A stretch of 63,999 bases of DNA, the filler included, from Craspedostauros australis (taxonomy: Eukaryota): NCBI GenBank assembly GCA_030167865.1. It is 9 parts of 9 records of this genome, joined end to end, with 100 filler letters (N's around TTAATTAATTAA, not from the genome) between each part and the next. Parts side by side here need not be neighbours in the genome. Positions count along the whole stretch, not along the records: positions 1 to 5,899 come from JALAGF010004110.1; positions 6,000 to 15,378 come from JALAGF010004112.1; 7 more parts are not named here. One strand, given 5' to 3'. The notes beneath the pieces are model-generated. The model was not told the DNA's origin, did no database searches, and saw nothing but the letters and a program-made list of their open reading frames with translations. Of the stretch, positions 1 through 10,303 are shown in pieces (positions within the stretch are counted from its first letter, which is position 1; every line of letters begins with the position of its first letter). A program made the position numbers and the translations under genes.

Positions 1-149
1 GTGACCAGTGCACCTACCTGGATCTCTTCGACAGCTGGGGAGACGGCATTGAGGGAGATGGTTTCACCGTGACTATCGATGGCGAGACATCCCAGTACAA
101 TACCAACTTTGCATCTGAGATGTTCCTCAACATTCCGGAGGGCTGCTAA
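1..149 (+). CDS. 3' end of a protein with a D-x-W-G-D-G C-terminal module (5'-partial)
   Basis: The frame from nt 3 reads DQCTYLDLFDSWGDGIEGDGFTVTIDGETSQYNTNFASEMFLNIPEGC* (TAA 147-149). The motif type matches exon 3 of the downstream trypsin (ITDEWGDGM). Not in the ORF track. Confidence 0.65.
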   Translation, partial: DQCTYLDLFDSWGDGIEGDGFTVTIDGETSQYNTNFASEMFLNIPEGC

Positions 150-657
150 TCACACTTGGCCACTTGCGGCAAAGCACATGCTTGGGCAAGAGCAAAGCTG
201 TGGACAGATCCAACTCCATCCCGCACGATGTTGCTGCGGGCACATGAGAAGACACTGTTGGACATTGTGCTTGCTGCGAGTATGCACGAAGACGCGATAC
301 TTGTTGTACTCCCAACACCCACCGGCTACCATCATCGAACGAGTATATTTGGTAAACCGTCGTTTTCTCGACACTACATAACCATATTCAATTAACACAT
401 CGCATTTATACAATCCATGGCCGGCGTCCTCTGCCCATGAACTGCGCCAGGCTGCAACTTGACACCATCCATTCATCTGTTACTGTATTTGCATTCATTT
501 GTGCAACTATCATCGACTGCGATGGTAATGGGTGTTGCATTACACAATTCAATTCATTTTCTACTAGTACGCAGGTGGACTTCCATGCTGTACTTACAAA
601 GACGCAAAGCATCTCGTGGAGTGCTCCCTAGCGGAGCCGAAAGCGACCTGCGTCTCC

Positions 658-1821
658 CTACACTTGGCATTGCCGATCATACAGTGTGTCATTCACCAGA
701 TACGCCGTCTGACTGTCGCTTGGATAGAAGAATGCCCAGACACCGCACGGAAGTAACATGAATATGCAGGTGAAGACGCTCACCGCAGCGCAGATCGTCC
801 ATGTGGCAGGGCCGACATGTTTGATTTCCACCCATCTGCCGCCCGGTGGCAAAGCAAGCGCTGCGCCGGAAGGTGGCGTTTGTGCTTGATTGGACGTTGC
901 TGGATCTTGTGCAGCGACAATCGTGGTCGGTTTGACCACTTCCACTGTGGGAGTTGCCTGCACGATACCCGGTTCGGGCTTTGAAATTGTGGAGGGGGAC
1001 TCGAGCATCGGCGCGGCCACCATCACGCACGGCACAACTTCCACTTGCTTGTTGCAGCCGTACAGTTGATGAACCGAGGTCCTGAGAGGTGATGATGTGG
1101 ACGATGGTGCATGGCTATTGGTGGTGTTGGAGGTGTACTTTGTCGGTATTGGCGCTGTGGTTGCCCGGCTTGTTCCTGAAAGGCGTGGATTCATCGCTGG
1201 GGGGCGGATGGTGGCAGCATCCCCCGTTGACACAGAGGTGCGTACTGGTTTCATCACTGGGGGGTGGATGGTGGCAGCATTTCCTGTTGCCGCAGAGGTA
1301 CGTACTGGCTTCATCGCTGGGGCGCGGATAGTGGCAGCATCCCCCGTTGCCACAGGGGTGCGTGCTGGATTCATCGCTGGGGCGCGGATTGTGGCAGCAT
1401 CCCCCGTTGACACAGAGGTGCGGACTGGTTTCATCACTGGGGGGTGGATGGTGGCAGCATTTCCTGTTGCCGCAGAGGTACGTACTGGCTTCATCGCTGG
1501 GGCGCAGATGGTGACAGCATTTCCTGTTGCCACAGAGGTGCGTGCTGGATTCATCGCTGGGGCGCGGATTGTGGCAGCATCCCCCGTTGCCACAGAGGTG
1601 CGTACTGGCTCCACCACAGTTGCGTACGCCAACGGAGGTTCATCGTCGTCGTCGTCGTCGTCGTCGAAGTACGTCATGATTACTGCGGGAGCCAGGGATG
1701 GTGCACTCATGGGCGCCATTGCGGGAGGCCAGGCCTCGTGATCGCCAAGGACGATGTCGGGTTCGATCGTGGGCGCCGACGGCCGCGCATATGCCTTTCC
1801 ATCATCGTACGGTGTCGCCAT
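658..1821 (-). CDS. Hypothetical protein with ~7 tandem 20-aa Pro/Ala/Thr repeats and a C-terminal hydrophobic membrane-anchor-like domain
   Basis: 387-aa ATG ORF with repeats like PVRTSVATGDAATIRAPAMN. The C-terminus is PPGGRWVEIKHVGPATWTICAAVSVFTCIFMLLPCGVWAFFYPSD. Confidence 0.75.
   Translation of the reverse strand: MATPYDDGKAYARPSAPTIEPDIVLGDHEAWPPAMAPMSAPSLAPAVIMTYFDDDDDDDDEPPLAYATVVEPVRTSVATGDAATIRAPAMNPARTSVATGNAVTICAPAMKPVRTSAATGNAATIHPPVMKPVRTSVSTGDAATIRAPAMNPARTPVATGDAATIRAPAMKPVRTSAATGNAATIHPPVMKPVRTSVSTGDAATIRPPAMNPRLSGTSRATTAPIPTKYTSNTTNSHAPSSTSSPLRTSVHQLYGCNKQVEVVPCVMVAAPMLESPSTISKPEPGIVQATPTVEVVKPTTIVAAQDPATSNQAQTPPSGAALALPPGGRWVEIKHVGPATWTICAAVSVFTCIFMLLPCGVWAFFYPSDSQTAYLVNDTLYDRQCQV
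1186..1611. repeat. 60-bp coding minisatellite (~7 copies, with 180-bp higher-order similarity)
   Basis: Consecutive 60-nt lines 1201-1561 align column-wise (gg.g.ggat.gtg.cagcat....gttg...caga.gt.cgt.ctgg.ttcatc.ctgg). 1201-1380 closely resembles 1381-1560. Confidence 0.95.
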
Positions 1822-3809
1822 GCTGTCAGGAACGATTGTACGGTATTATATCAAATAAAAGTATGGTATCCCCGTGCGTGTGCAAGTTGTGAGATGCAAC
1901 GACTGCCTCTGTTGGATTGTGTCATGCGGCAACTCAGCAACTCTTCCTTTTGCTGGTGGATGATGATGGCAATGGCAACAGCGATGGCTACGCGTAATGT
2001 TGAGTGTTTGTTCCGCGGGGATGTTTGCAGACGCGTTGTTGGGCGCAAAATCAGAATTCCTGGGAACCGTTCAGACATAAAGGCGACCGAGAGGGCCGTG
2101 GGAAATCATGATCCACATCACATTTAGATACGGAACAAGAGAAAATCACGACCAATGTCGGGGTACAGGTAAAACGTTATAATCCCCTGTTATGTCCACA
2201 TCACACACGAGTCCCATTCCGTGTGTCGAGAATCATGCGTCGTGCTTTCAAAGATGTTCTCATGTACCATGTTGGCTACTCCGTGTACAGCTCAATGATA
2301 CCATAGTATTTGTACATCGCTAATTCCGAGACACGTTCAAGTCGTGTTGTTTTCGTTCGTGTGAGAATGATGTCGTGTTCCCATTCCACTTCTGCAAAAC
2401 TTGCGAAGAGAGTTTTTGGACTGTTCTCCCAAGCCGCTTCGCCGACGCACATTTCTTCGCAAATTGGGTTGTCTGTTGTTGTGTCACGTGGGCTTTATCT
2501 CCTCACCGTTTCTGGGAGAAGGGAACAGAACGTGTTGCTGACTTGTTGCTTCGATGGTTCGCCACCTCCACTTGGTCTTCGCACGACCTTCTTCGCTTGT
2601 GTCTGCGTCGCTCGCATTTGATTAGACCTATCAGCAATGATCACTGCAATCCAGGTCGTCATCGCAGTTGTTGCCTCCCTCCTGTATTCGGATCCTGCCT
2701 GGATCGTTGCTCCAGCAACTGCGACAATGGCTGCGACAACTGTTACGATGGTAGCGATAACTGGTGTGATTTGAAGCCGTCGCTATTGTATCGACTGTTG
2801 CCATTGCGATGGATGTAGTTGCGTTCGGCAATCCGATGGTTCCTGTTGTTGACGCCATGCTTTCACATGTACGACCACCTCTTCCACAGATGCATCAACG
2901 TGCCAGGTACTGAGAGCACCAAACACTGCGATGTTGATGGTGCTTGTCATGTTCATACCAGTACAATCGCTTCATTTCCTCCTGTTTACGCGTTTCGCTC
3001 TCGTGTTGTGAACCCCTCCAGCGGAGCAAGCCATCCAATTGAAGGGCGAATTGAGGGTGATTTATCCCGAGCTTTGTTGCCCACAGGGTTCTCATTTGCA
3101 ACCGTTTGATGCAAGAGAGGAAGAAGACGAATAGTTACGAACAGTGGGCATTGGAAAGACCTTAATCCTCACGAAAATGCCTGTCTCCATTGTGTCCACA
3201 CAAGTTTATTTAGCGGGGTCCCCTTATAATTTGGACAGCCCGGCGTGTCTCAGTACCCAAGTTCTGGGGCCACTCAAGCCCCTCCGCTGCCTGCAGTAGA
3301 TGAGGAGTGGTGTGAACGCGCGCATTAGTGTGAGAATCGCCCAATGTTTGTCAAGTCGTGGCGACAAGTGTGATACTAGTGAGAACGAGTACCAAACCGG
3401 TCGGGCGCAACCTTCACAGTGACGAAACTACCCCCAAGATGTTGCCAAACGAAAAGAAAACGGAACAGAAGCGAATCCTTTGTTTTGTCGTTACCAGTAT
3501 TGTCTTGGGTGCATGCTTCCATGATGGTGATACAAGTACGGGGTGGCATTCGTGCCGACGCCCACACGGGGTTGATGGGCGTTCTTGTCTGGTGCTTGTG
3601 ATAGTTACAAGTACCTGATGGCTGCGTCTTTGCCCTCGGGCTTGTGGTTGCGGTTCTGTCGATTGATGTAAATTCATTCAGAGTCGTCAGCTCACCATCT
3701 CATCATCTCACAATTTCGATCTCGATCAACATCCAAACTACAACCACGACCACAACCACAACCACAACAAACACGAAATCAACAAACCAAGAAACCAAAC
3801 AACATAACC

Positions 3810-5899
3810 ATGAAGCTCTCCTCAGCCCTTGCCATCCTCATCGCCGTTGCCGCAACAACATCCATCGCCGATGCGTCTTCCGTCCCGTCCTCTGGCAACC
3901 CCGACAATGGCAAGAACGATGACAACGATGGCCATGCCCACGGTCAGCGCCGCGCCCTCAGACGTGGTGGGGACGCACCCAAGGCCGGTCATCACCGTGA
4001 GATGGCCAAGGTGCATACCAAGCGCACTAACCCCAACCATGCAGCACCCAACCCAAAGCCAAAGGCCAAGACCACGGACGGTGAACGACAGGCCGACGGC
4101 AAGAGACACAGACACGGCCGCAAGCCAAACCACAAGAAGCGCGGTGGCTCCATCTCCACCAACAACTACGAGACCCACATCGTAGGCGGCGCCGAGGCAA
4201 CACAAGGAGAGTACCCCGAGTTCGTCCATTTGGCTGTCGAGTGCGGCGGGTCGCTCATCACCCGTGACATCGTCCTCACTGCCGCTCATTGCGACTCGCC
4301 AGGCACGATCGGGATGGACGCCATCATTGGCGCCTACAATGAGTTCGCATGGGACAGCCCAACCGGTCCCGGTGTCCGACAGATCGTCGAAAAGAAAGTC
4401 CATCCGGACTACGCCGTCGCTGAGATCAACGACATCATGTTGTACCGCCTGTCCCAACCCGCACCGGCCAACACACCAGTGATGAAGATCAATGACAAGG
4501 TTGATGTTCCGGGAACTGATGGATCTGGCAATCCGCAGACTATGACAGTGATTGGGTTTGGAGAAACATCGGACGGTGGCAGCCCATCGGACATCTTGAT
4601 GGAGCTGGACATCCAGCAGGTCGATACTGCGTGGTGTAACGCGGCGGATAGGTACAACGGACAAGTTTCGAACTCAGCGGAGTTCTGCGCCGGCTACCTA
4701 CAGGACGGCGTCCACCAAGGCGTAAAGGACTCCTGCAACGGCGATTCCGGCGGTCCAGTCTTCGTGACTGAAGGCGGTGAGCGTGTCCAGGTCGGCGTCG
4801 TGTCTTGGGGCATTAGCTGTGCCGATCAGCGATACCCTGGAGTGTACGCTCGTGTGAGCAACACGTACGATTGGATCAAGGTACGGATGTATGCCTGTAT
4901 ATGTGTGTCGTGTGTGATGTGGGTGTCTCTCTCTCTCTCTCTCTCTCCATGGGAACGTGTGATCGTGTGGACGTGTATTCCATATGTACACTGCGATTGT
5001 GGTCATCGGCAACTCACTTCGACCGTCTCTATTGTTCGTTGTCTTTCCTTTCTGGCTTGCTTGGGGTGATACCACGACACGGCTTATCATGTGTCTTCGT
5101 CGGCATTCATCCATCCATTCATCCACCTGCCCCATCGACATATTCCCTGATGATGACGTCCCGAAACACAGAGCAATGCCTGTTCCATGACAAAAGTCCC
5201 ATCCGTGCTGTGCGGAACCGAAGAGGAAGGTACCGGAGGTGGAACTGGCGGCGGCACTGGCGGTGGCACTGGCGGCGGCACCGGAGGAGGTACTGGTGGT
5301 GGCACAGGCGGGTGCGGCTCCAACGAGCTGAAGATGGAGTTCATGTTCACCACTGATCAGTATGGGTAAGTTCGGATTATGCCAACGTCGGTGCTGTTTC
5401 ACGCATCAAGCCTTGGTTGATGTTGCTATGTGCAACAGCTTCACCCTTCGATGTTGATGCCCATCTCGATCTCGATCTCGCTGGCACAGAGAGTTGTACT
5501 GGCGGCTATTGTATTGGAGTCGCTGTCACATCGACTGACTCCATCATCTTCCCATTACACCATGTGCTCTTCCCCATTCATTGAACCAACCAACCATTCA
5601 ACCTCGAAATAACAGAGACGAGACCGGCTGGCAGCTGTCCAATGATGCCGGTGTCATTGAGGAAGTCACGGCTGGTGCTTACCCCAACAACTCCCCACAA
5701 GTCATCAACCGATGCCTTCTCAACGACAAGTGCTACAACCTTCGCATCACCGACGAATGGGGTGATGGCATGAGTGAAACCGGTGGCCAGTACACTGTCA
5801 AGGCCGATGACAAGTTGATCAAGACCGAGACGGAGCCCAACTTTGGAACTGCCATCGATATCCAATTCTGCGGATCTAACGCCGGCACCGGTGGTGGCG
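3810..5899 (+). CDS. Secreted trypsin-like serine protease (S1) with GGGT linker and C-terminal DxWGDG module; exons 3810-4880, 5172-5365, 5616->5899 (3'-partial)
   Basis: Signal peptide MKLSSALAILIAVAATTSIADA; activation site H|IVGG; triad motifs LTAAHC, INDIML and DSCNGDSGGP (S1 Asp). Inferred introns AAG|gtacgg...cacag|AGC and GG|gtaagt...aacag|AGAC keep the frame (WIK-SNACSM; TDQYG-DETGW). Confidence 0.92.
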
Positions 5900-5999
5900 N
5901 NNNNNNNNNNNNNNNNNNNNNNNNNNNNNNNNNNNNNNNNNNNTTAATTAATTAANNNNNNNNNNNNNNNNNNNNNNNNNNNNNNNNNNNNNNNNNNNN
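5900..5999. other. Artificial contig linker N44-TTAATTAATTAA-N44 (also at 15379-15478, 29055-29154, 40987-41086, 52432-52531, 57101-57200, 58811-58910, 62794-62893)
   Basis: The identical 100-nt spacer with stops in all six frames occurs eight times. Confidence 0.99.
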
Positions 6000-6546
6000 T
6001 GCGCTTCGCGTGGATGCTGCCATGACCACCGCAGGACACCGGAGACAACAAAAGACAACAGCGCAAGGTCCCCACTTGTGTGATCTATCCACGCCCAAAC
6101 CCACACTCGCACCATCCGACGACAGGTGGAGATGAACGATCGCAAGTAGCTGGGGTTGGTGCTCGAAGCAGGCAAGAACGGACTCGGGAGGATAGTCCCA
6201 GCATACTCGCAGTGCCTGAGGATTGCTCGGTGGAACACGCTGCGAACTTCGCTCCGTTCGATCCTCGTAGATACCGCAGATCGTATTTATACGAATAGTA
6301 GTGCAGCCTGCGTCCAACAGAGCGCCCAACAGAGCCCGTGCGGAACGAGACGGTTCTGCGAGGAAGACGACGCTATCATAGCTCGCATTACATGGCATTA
6401 CATGGTATTCTATTACATTACATGGCATTATATGTCATTCTACGCGCCAAGAGCACTTCCACCCACTACACTTTCTGGAGAATCAGTCCTCGCGCTACTG
6501 TGCGTCTACTCCAAGCGTTCATTGAATAGAACACGCTGAATCGGAG

Positions 6547-8052
6547 ATGGAGCGCAAGCTCAAACGCAGGAACCCGTCAAGGAACAGCGCTTCGACTGCC
6601 GTTGCGACCTCCTTTGCGACGATATCGTCCGCAATCACCTTCGCATCGGACAGCAGCATCGACGGCGAGATCTGGGATGTGCCCAAGAAGCCTCCGGCTA
6701 AGAAGCACAAGCCTGCACCAGCTGCTGCTGCTCCACCATCGGCATCTCCGTCCGCTTCTGCATCATTTCACTGGGAGATTCATGACAGCAAACCAGCTGC
6801 CAAACGATCGGCGACGGTGCGACAGCAAGGACGCAAAGGAAAGGCCGCTGCAACGAAGAAGAAGGTCCCCAAGCGCCTCTATCCGTCCAATCGCAACGTG
6901 ATACGCAAGGAGGCGCAGCAGTTTCGTCATTTGCTGGGGCGCAGACCCTTTCTCACCAGGACCCTGACGCCGCTGTGGGATCGCAAGGTGGTCGTGACCA
7001 AAGACGGGGATCCAGCGCAATCGCAGCCCATCCCAACCCCGACGATCGCCATCTCCGTGGTCAACGTGTACGAGAGCGACGGTGATGGGACTGACAGAGG
7101 CAACGGCACCTCACAGGGACCGCAGCATTCCACCAAGGGCATCAGCAATGCCAGCCCCTCCCGCGATCCCAGCGGATCGCCGAACGGCAACCACAAAACG
7201 ACGTTCTGGAACACGTCCGCGTACGTCACGAAGCAACCGCGCTGTCCGCTGTGCAGCATGAACTGCAAGAATGTGCCGAGCCTGATACGGCACGTCAAGT
7301 CGCACAGCCAGCATCCGTACTTCGTTTGCGATGTGCTGCAGATGCAGCACGGCACGGGAAGGCTGTACGGCAACGTCTACCATCTCTCCATACGCCCCAT
7401 CGACATCAGCCTCTCCGAAGTCATCTATGCCAACTACACCTTCGTGCGTCACGACCACGTCGCGAATCGCAACCGCGCGCAGAAACGCAAGTCACGGCAG
7501 TGGCGAGGTGGCAAGCGACGCAAGACGAAGCCACCCATCAAGATCGCCGCGCCACCCAAGCAGCGCCAGGTCGCACCCGTGCGGCTCGTGCCGCTCACGC
7601 TCGATCGCAAGGAATGCTTGGCACCGCCGCCGAGCATGGTGCCCAAGCATTCGCCACAACCCATCCGCAAGTACTACCACCGCCGATCCAACCAGGTCAA
7701 GCAGTACGTCACGTTCGAGGACGACAGCACCGATGACGACTCCGATCAGGAGCCCATGGACGCTTTGTGCAACGGCATGTTGTCCGAATTCGAAGACATC
7801 CCCGACGTCGAGCGCCGATTCTTCCGACTGTGGGGCACGTTCATGCGACGGCAGCAGCGTCCCTTCCCCATGCGCGAGATGTTGCTCGACAAGACCGTCC
7901 AGTTCGTGCACGAGAATCACAAGCAGCTCGTCGGGTTGCGGTGGCTGTTCCTGAAGCATCTGCAGAATATGTGTCTCATCACGTTCGGGTTCACGGGCGA
8001 CCAGCTGTTGCATTGCATGCGCATCTTCGATAGGATCGTGGCGGAAGGATGA
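6547..8052 (+). CDS. SUZ12: SUZ12/VRN2/EMF2-like Polycomb PRC2 subunit (C2H2 zinc finger + VEFS-box)
   Basis: FRHLLGRRPFLTRTL segment, zinc finger CPLCSMNCKNVPSLIRHVKSH, and C-terminal RKYYH...DDSTDDDSD...MLSEFEDIPDVERRFFRLWGTFMRR...FLKHLQNM, which matches the VEFS-box pattern (R.fyHs..DSeDe..l.dF.Dv...Ek..m.lWn.fv). Confidence 0.8.
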   Translation: MERKLKRRNPSRNSASTAVATSFATISSAITFASDSSIDGEIWDVPKKPPAKKHKPAPAAAAPPSASPSASASFHWEIHDSKPAAKRSATVRQQGRKGKAAATKKKVPKRLYPSNRNVIRKEAQQFRHLLGRRPFLTRTLTPLWDRKVVVTKDGDPAQSQPIPTPTIAISVVNVYESDGDGTDRGNGTSQGPQHSTKGISNASPSRDPSGSPNGNHKTTFWNTSAYVTKQPRCPLCSMNCKNVPSLIRHVKSHSQHPYFVCDVLQMQHGTGRLYGNVYHLSIRPIDISLSEVIYANYTFVRHDHVANRNRAQKRKSRQWRGGKRRKTKPPIKIAAPPKQRQVAPVRLVPLTLDRKECLAPPPSMVPKHSPQPIRKYYHRRSNQVKQYVTFEDDSTDDDSDQEPMDALCNGMLSEFEDIPDVERRFFRLWGTFMRRQQRPFPMREMLLDKTVQFVHENHKQLVGLRWLFLKHLQNMCLITFGFTGDQLLHCMRIFDRIVAEG

Positions 8053-8319
8053 GCGGCGGGTTGACGCTGTTGGTGCTGGCACTTGATGGTGTATGGGAAC
8101 GTCATATAATATTATGTAATAGTCGTCGTAGAGCAGACTCGATTTTGGAGATGAAGATGCGTACTCATACTGCTTCGGGCATGTCTCTTTCTCCCCGCTC
8201 ATGAAGACGCTCTCTGGAGGGATAGAGATAGTCTACAGCATACAGGACACGACATATCCATGATTCAAATGTGGGCGACCAACGGAATGACGGAAGCAAC
8301 ACTCGACGTCCATCACTTG

Positions 8320-8914
8320 TAGGCCTCGTTTGCGATGCCCAAACTCTTTCAGCACGTGTCACAACACCATCGTCCATTGCATGCCATCGTGCATTCCATG
8401 GCATTTGCCAACAACCTGCACCGACCCTTGCTGAACACCACCTTCGAAGACTATCAAGAGGCCCATGCCATCTCAGCATACTCCCTCATCGAACTGGCAC
8501 GACATGCACAACCTCACATGGAACACCATTCCAGCATCACAGCCTTGACGTACTTGGGATCAGTGCGCGCCATCCCATCGTATCATGTCATGGGACCGGC
8601 CAAGGCCAGCCTGGAATCCATCGTGCGCGGTCTGGCACTGGAGATGACACCTGTGCTTGTCAACACGGTCAGCGCGGGTCCCTTGAACACGGTGGCGGCC
8701 AAGGGTGACATCGCCAACTTTGGAGGAATGCGACAGGAGATGCAGGAGCGTGCACTGTTGGGAAAGTGTGACGGTGGATGAGGTTGCGGACTCGGTGTCA
8801 TTCTTGTCGATGGGTGGGAGAGGCATCACAGGTCAGACGATCAATGTGGATGGTGGGTACAGTATCGTTGGTGGTCCGGCAGTTGATAGTCCAGCGGCGG
8901 ATTCTGATTTGTAG
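8320..8914 (+). pseudogene. fabI: Frameshifted, 5'-degraded enoyl-ACP reductase (FabI-type SDR)
   Basis: AIVHSMAFA, AISAYSL, LTYLGS, the catalytic YHVMGPAK (Yx6K) and VNTVSAGPLNT lie in the 8335 frame. The C-terminus SVTVDEVADSVSFLS..ITGQTINVDGGYSI lies in another frame (shift at ~8764). A second shift occurs near LVCD/PKLF (~8335). No N-terminal NAD-binding motif is recognisable. Confidence 0.8.
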
Positions 8915-10303
8915 AGTGTCGTAGAATGGCATGCCATGGCATAACATGGAATGTTATGTAATAGAATAGAGCAGAGTGGATTAGAGTAGACAGAGTCGAT
9001 TGTGTGGACTGATATAGTACAAGTCGACGTGTGGGTTTGGAGTACTCTGCTGCATTGGTCCATGCGCTTGTAGATATGGAGCTGCATTGGATTGCAGAGT
9101 ATAGTGTAGCACAGTGTAGTTGAATTCTAAATGAGCGAGTATTGCACCCGGTCCCAGCACTGTCGCCTGCGGTGGGTGGCAACGACTACTACATGAGCCA
9201 GAACGAAACCCAACCGTCCTGGGTTCTGTTCTGTTGTGTTCTATCCTGTTTGGTACTGGTTCCATTGGTTGACCAACACGTGAGAATGGACCTCTTCGAG
9301 CAAAGACGCCTGGATGATGGCACAACACAGCACAACACAACACAGCACAACACAGGAGAACACAAGACAACACAGCACACACGACACTTTGCGTGACATG
9401 TTGCAGCTCCTCTGTCACTGTGCGCAACATGCTCCTGCCAGCATGTTCGTGTGAATGGAGGTGGCATTGGTTTGGAACTGGATTTCGAATCAAATGCAGC
9501 CATGGGTCAGATGCATGGCATCAGATCACAAGGAGACGATAGTTAAGTTACAATGCGCTTTCAGGCGACTCTCTGTCGCTCTCTCTACATTCAAATACCT
9601 AGAATGCTCTCTGAAGTCCACAACAAGACTGTTTTATTCGTGCAAGTCAATCACACGATTCGATCAACCAATCGGTCGCATGGGTCAATCGTCGTCTTTT
9701 TCTTGTCGGAATCAAATTTGAACCAACACAGAGTTTGAATCGGTTGCAGCAAAACCTGACGAGTTCCAACAACGAAGAAATGGAAACCTGTCAACCACAG
9801 AACGCCTCAGAACTCCACAGACTTTCGGCACAGCGAAAGAAGCAACAACAACAACAAACACAACGACGAAATCAAACACGACCGCGAACAGTTACTGGGC
9901 TGAAAAGGCGACAACAACGACGACAACAACAACAACACAAACATCAATCTTCCTCAGAACCAAGGCCATCTTCCTCTTGGTCTGCATCTGCACCTTCATC
10001 CGCACCGTCGCCAGCGACAACGACAGTCGCAATCAGCAGCGAAACGATCGCCAGCATCCGCAGAGCACCAACTCCTCCACCAAGACGACCGTCGTGACAA
10101 CAGCAAGACAGGACAATCCACTGTCTTGATTCCTTTCTTGGCGTGGCAACCACGAAGTCCGCATCTTGGCACGTTTCTGCTGCACTTGAAGCAAGCAAAG
10201 CAACAAGCCCCAGTGCTGGCCACAACTCTGACGACCGACAACATAATCAACAAACGCAGCAATCTCAAGGTTCTGGAAAGAACAAAGGCAACGAGATGAT
10301 TGG

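Noticed and set aside
1186..1611. Regular 60-nt periodicity resembling a CRISPR array
   Set aside because: There are no unique spacers. The whole unit repeats in frame inside a eukaryotic CDS, and no cas genes are present.
2300..3100. Cys-rich short ORFs (e.g. CSSNCDNGCDNC) suggesting a metallothionein or toxin
   Set aside because: They have non-ATG or weak starts, no consistent motif and no supporting splice structure, so they cannot be distinguished from chance.
8920..9450. Short tandem repeats (cacaa/cagca, tagag) and hydrophobic Cys/Val ORFs
   Set aside because: These are ordinary intergenic microsatellites common throughout this genome, and the ORFs are by-products of them.
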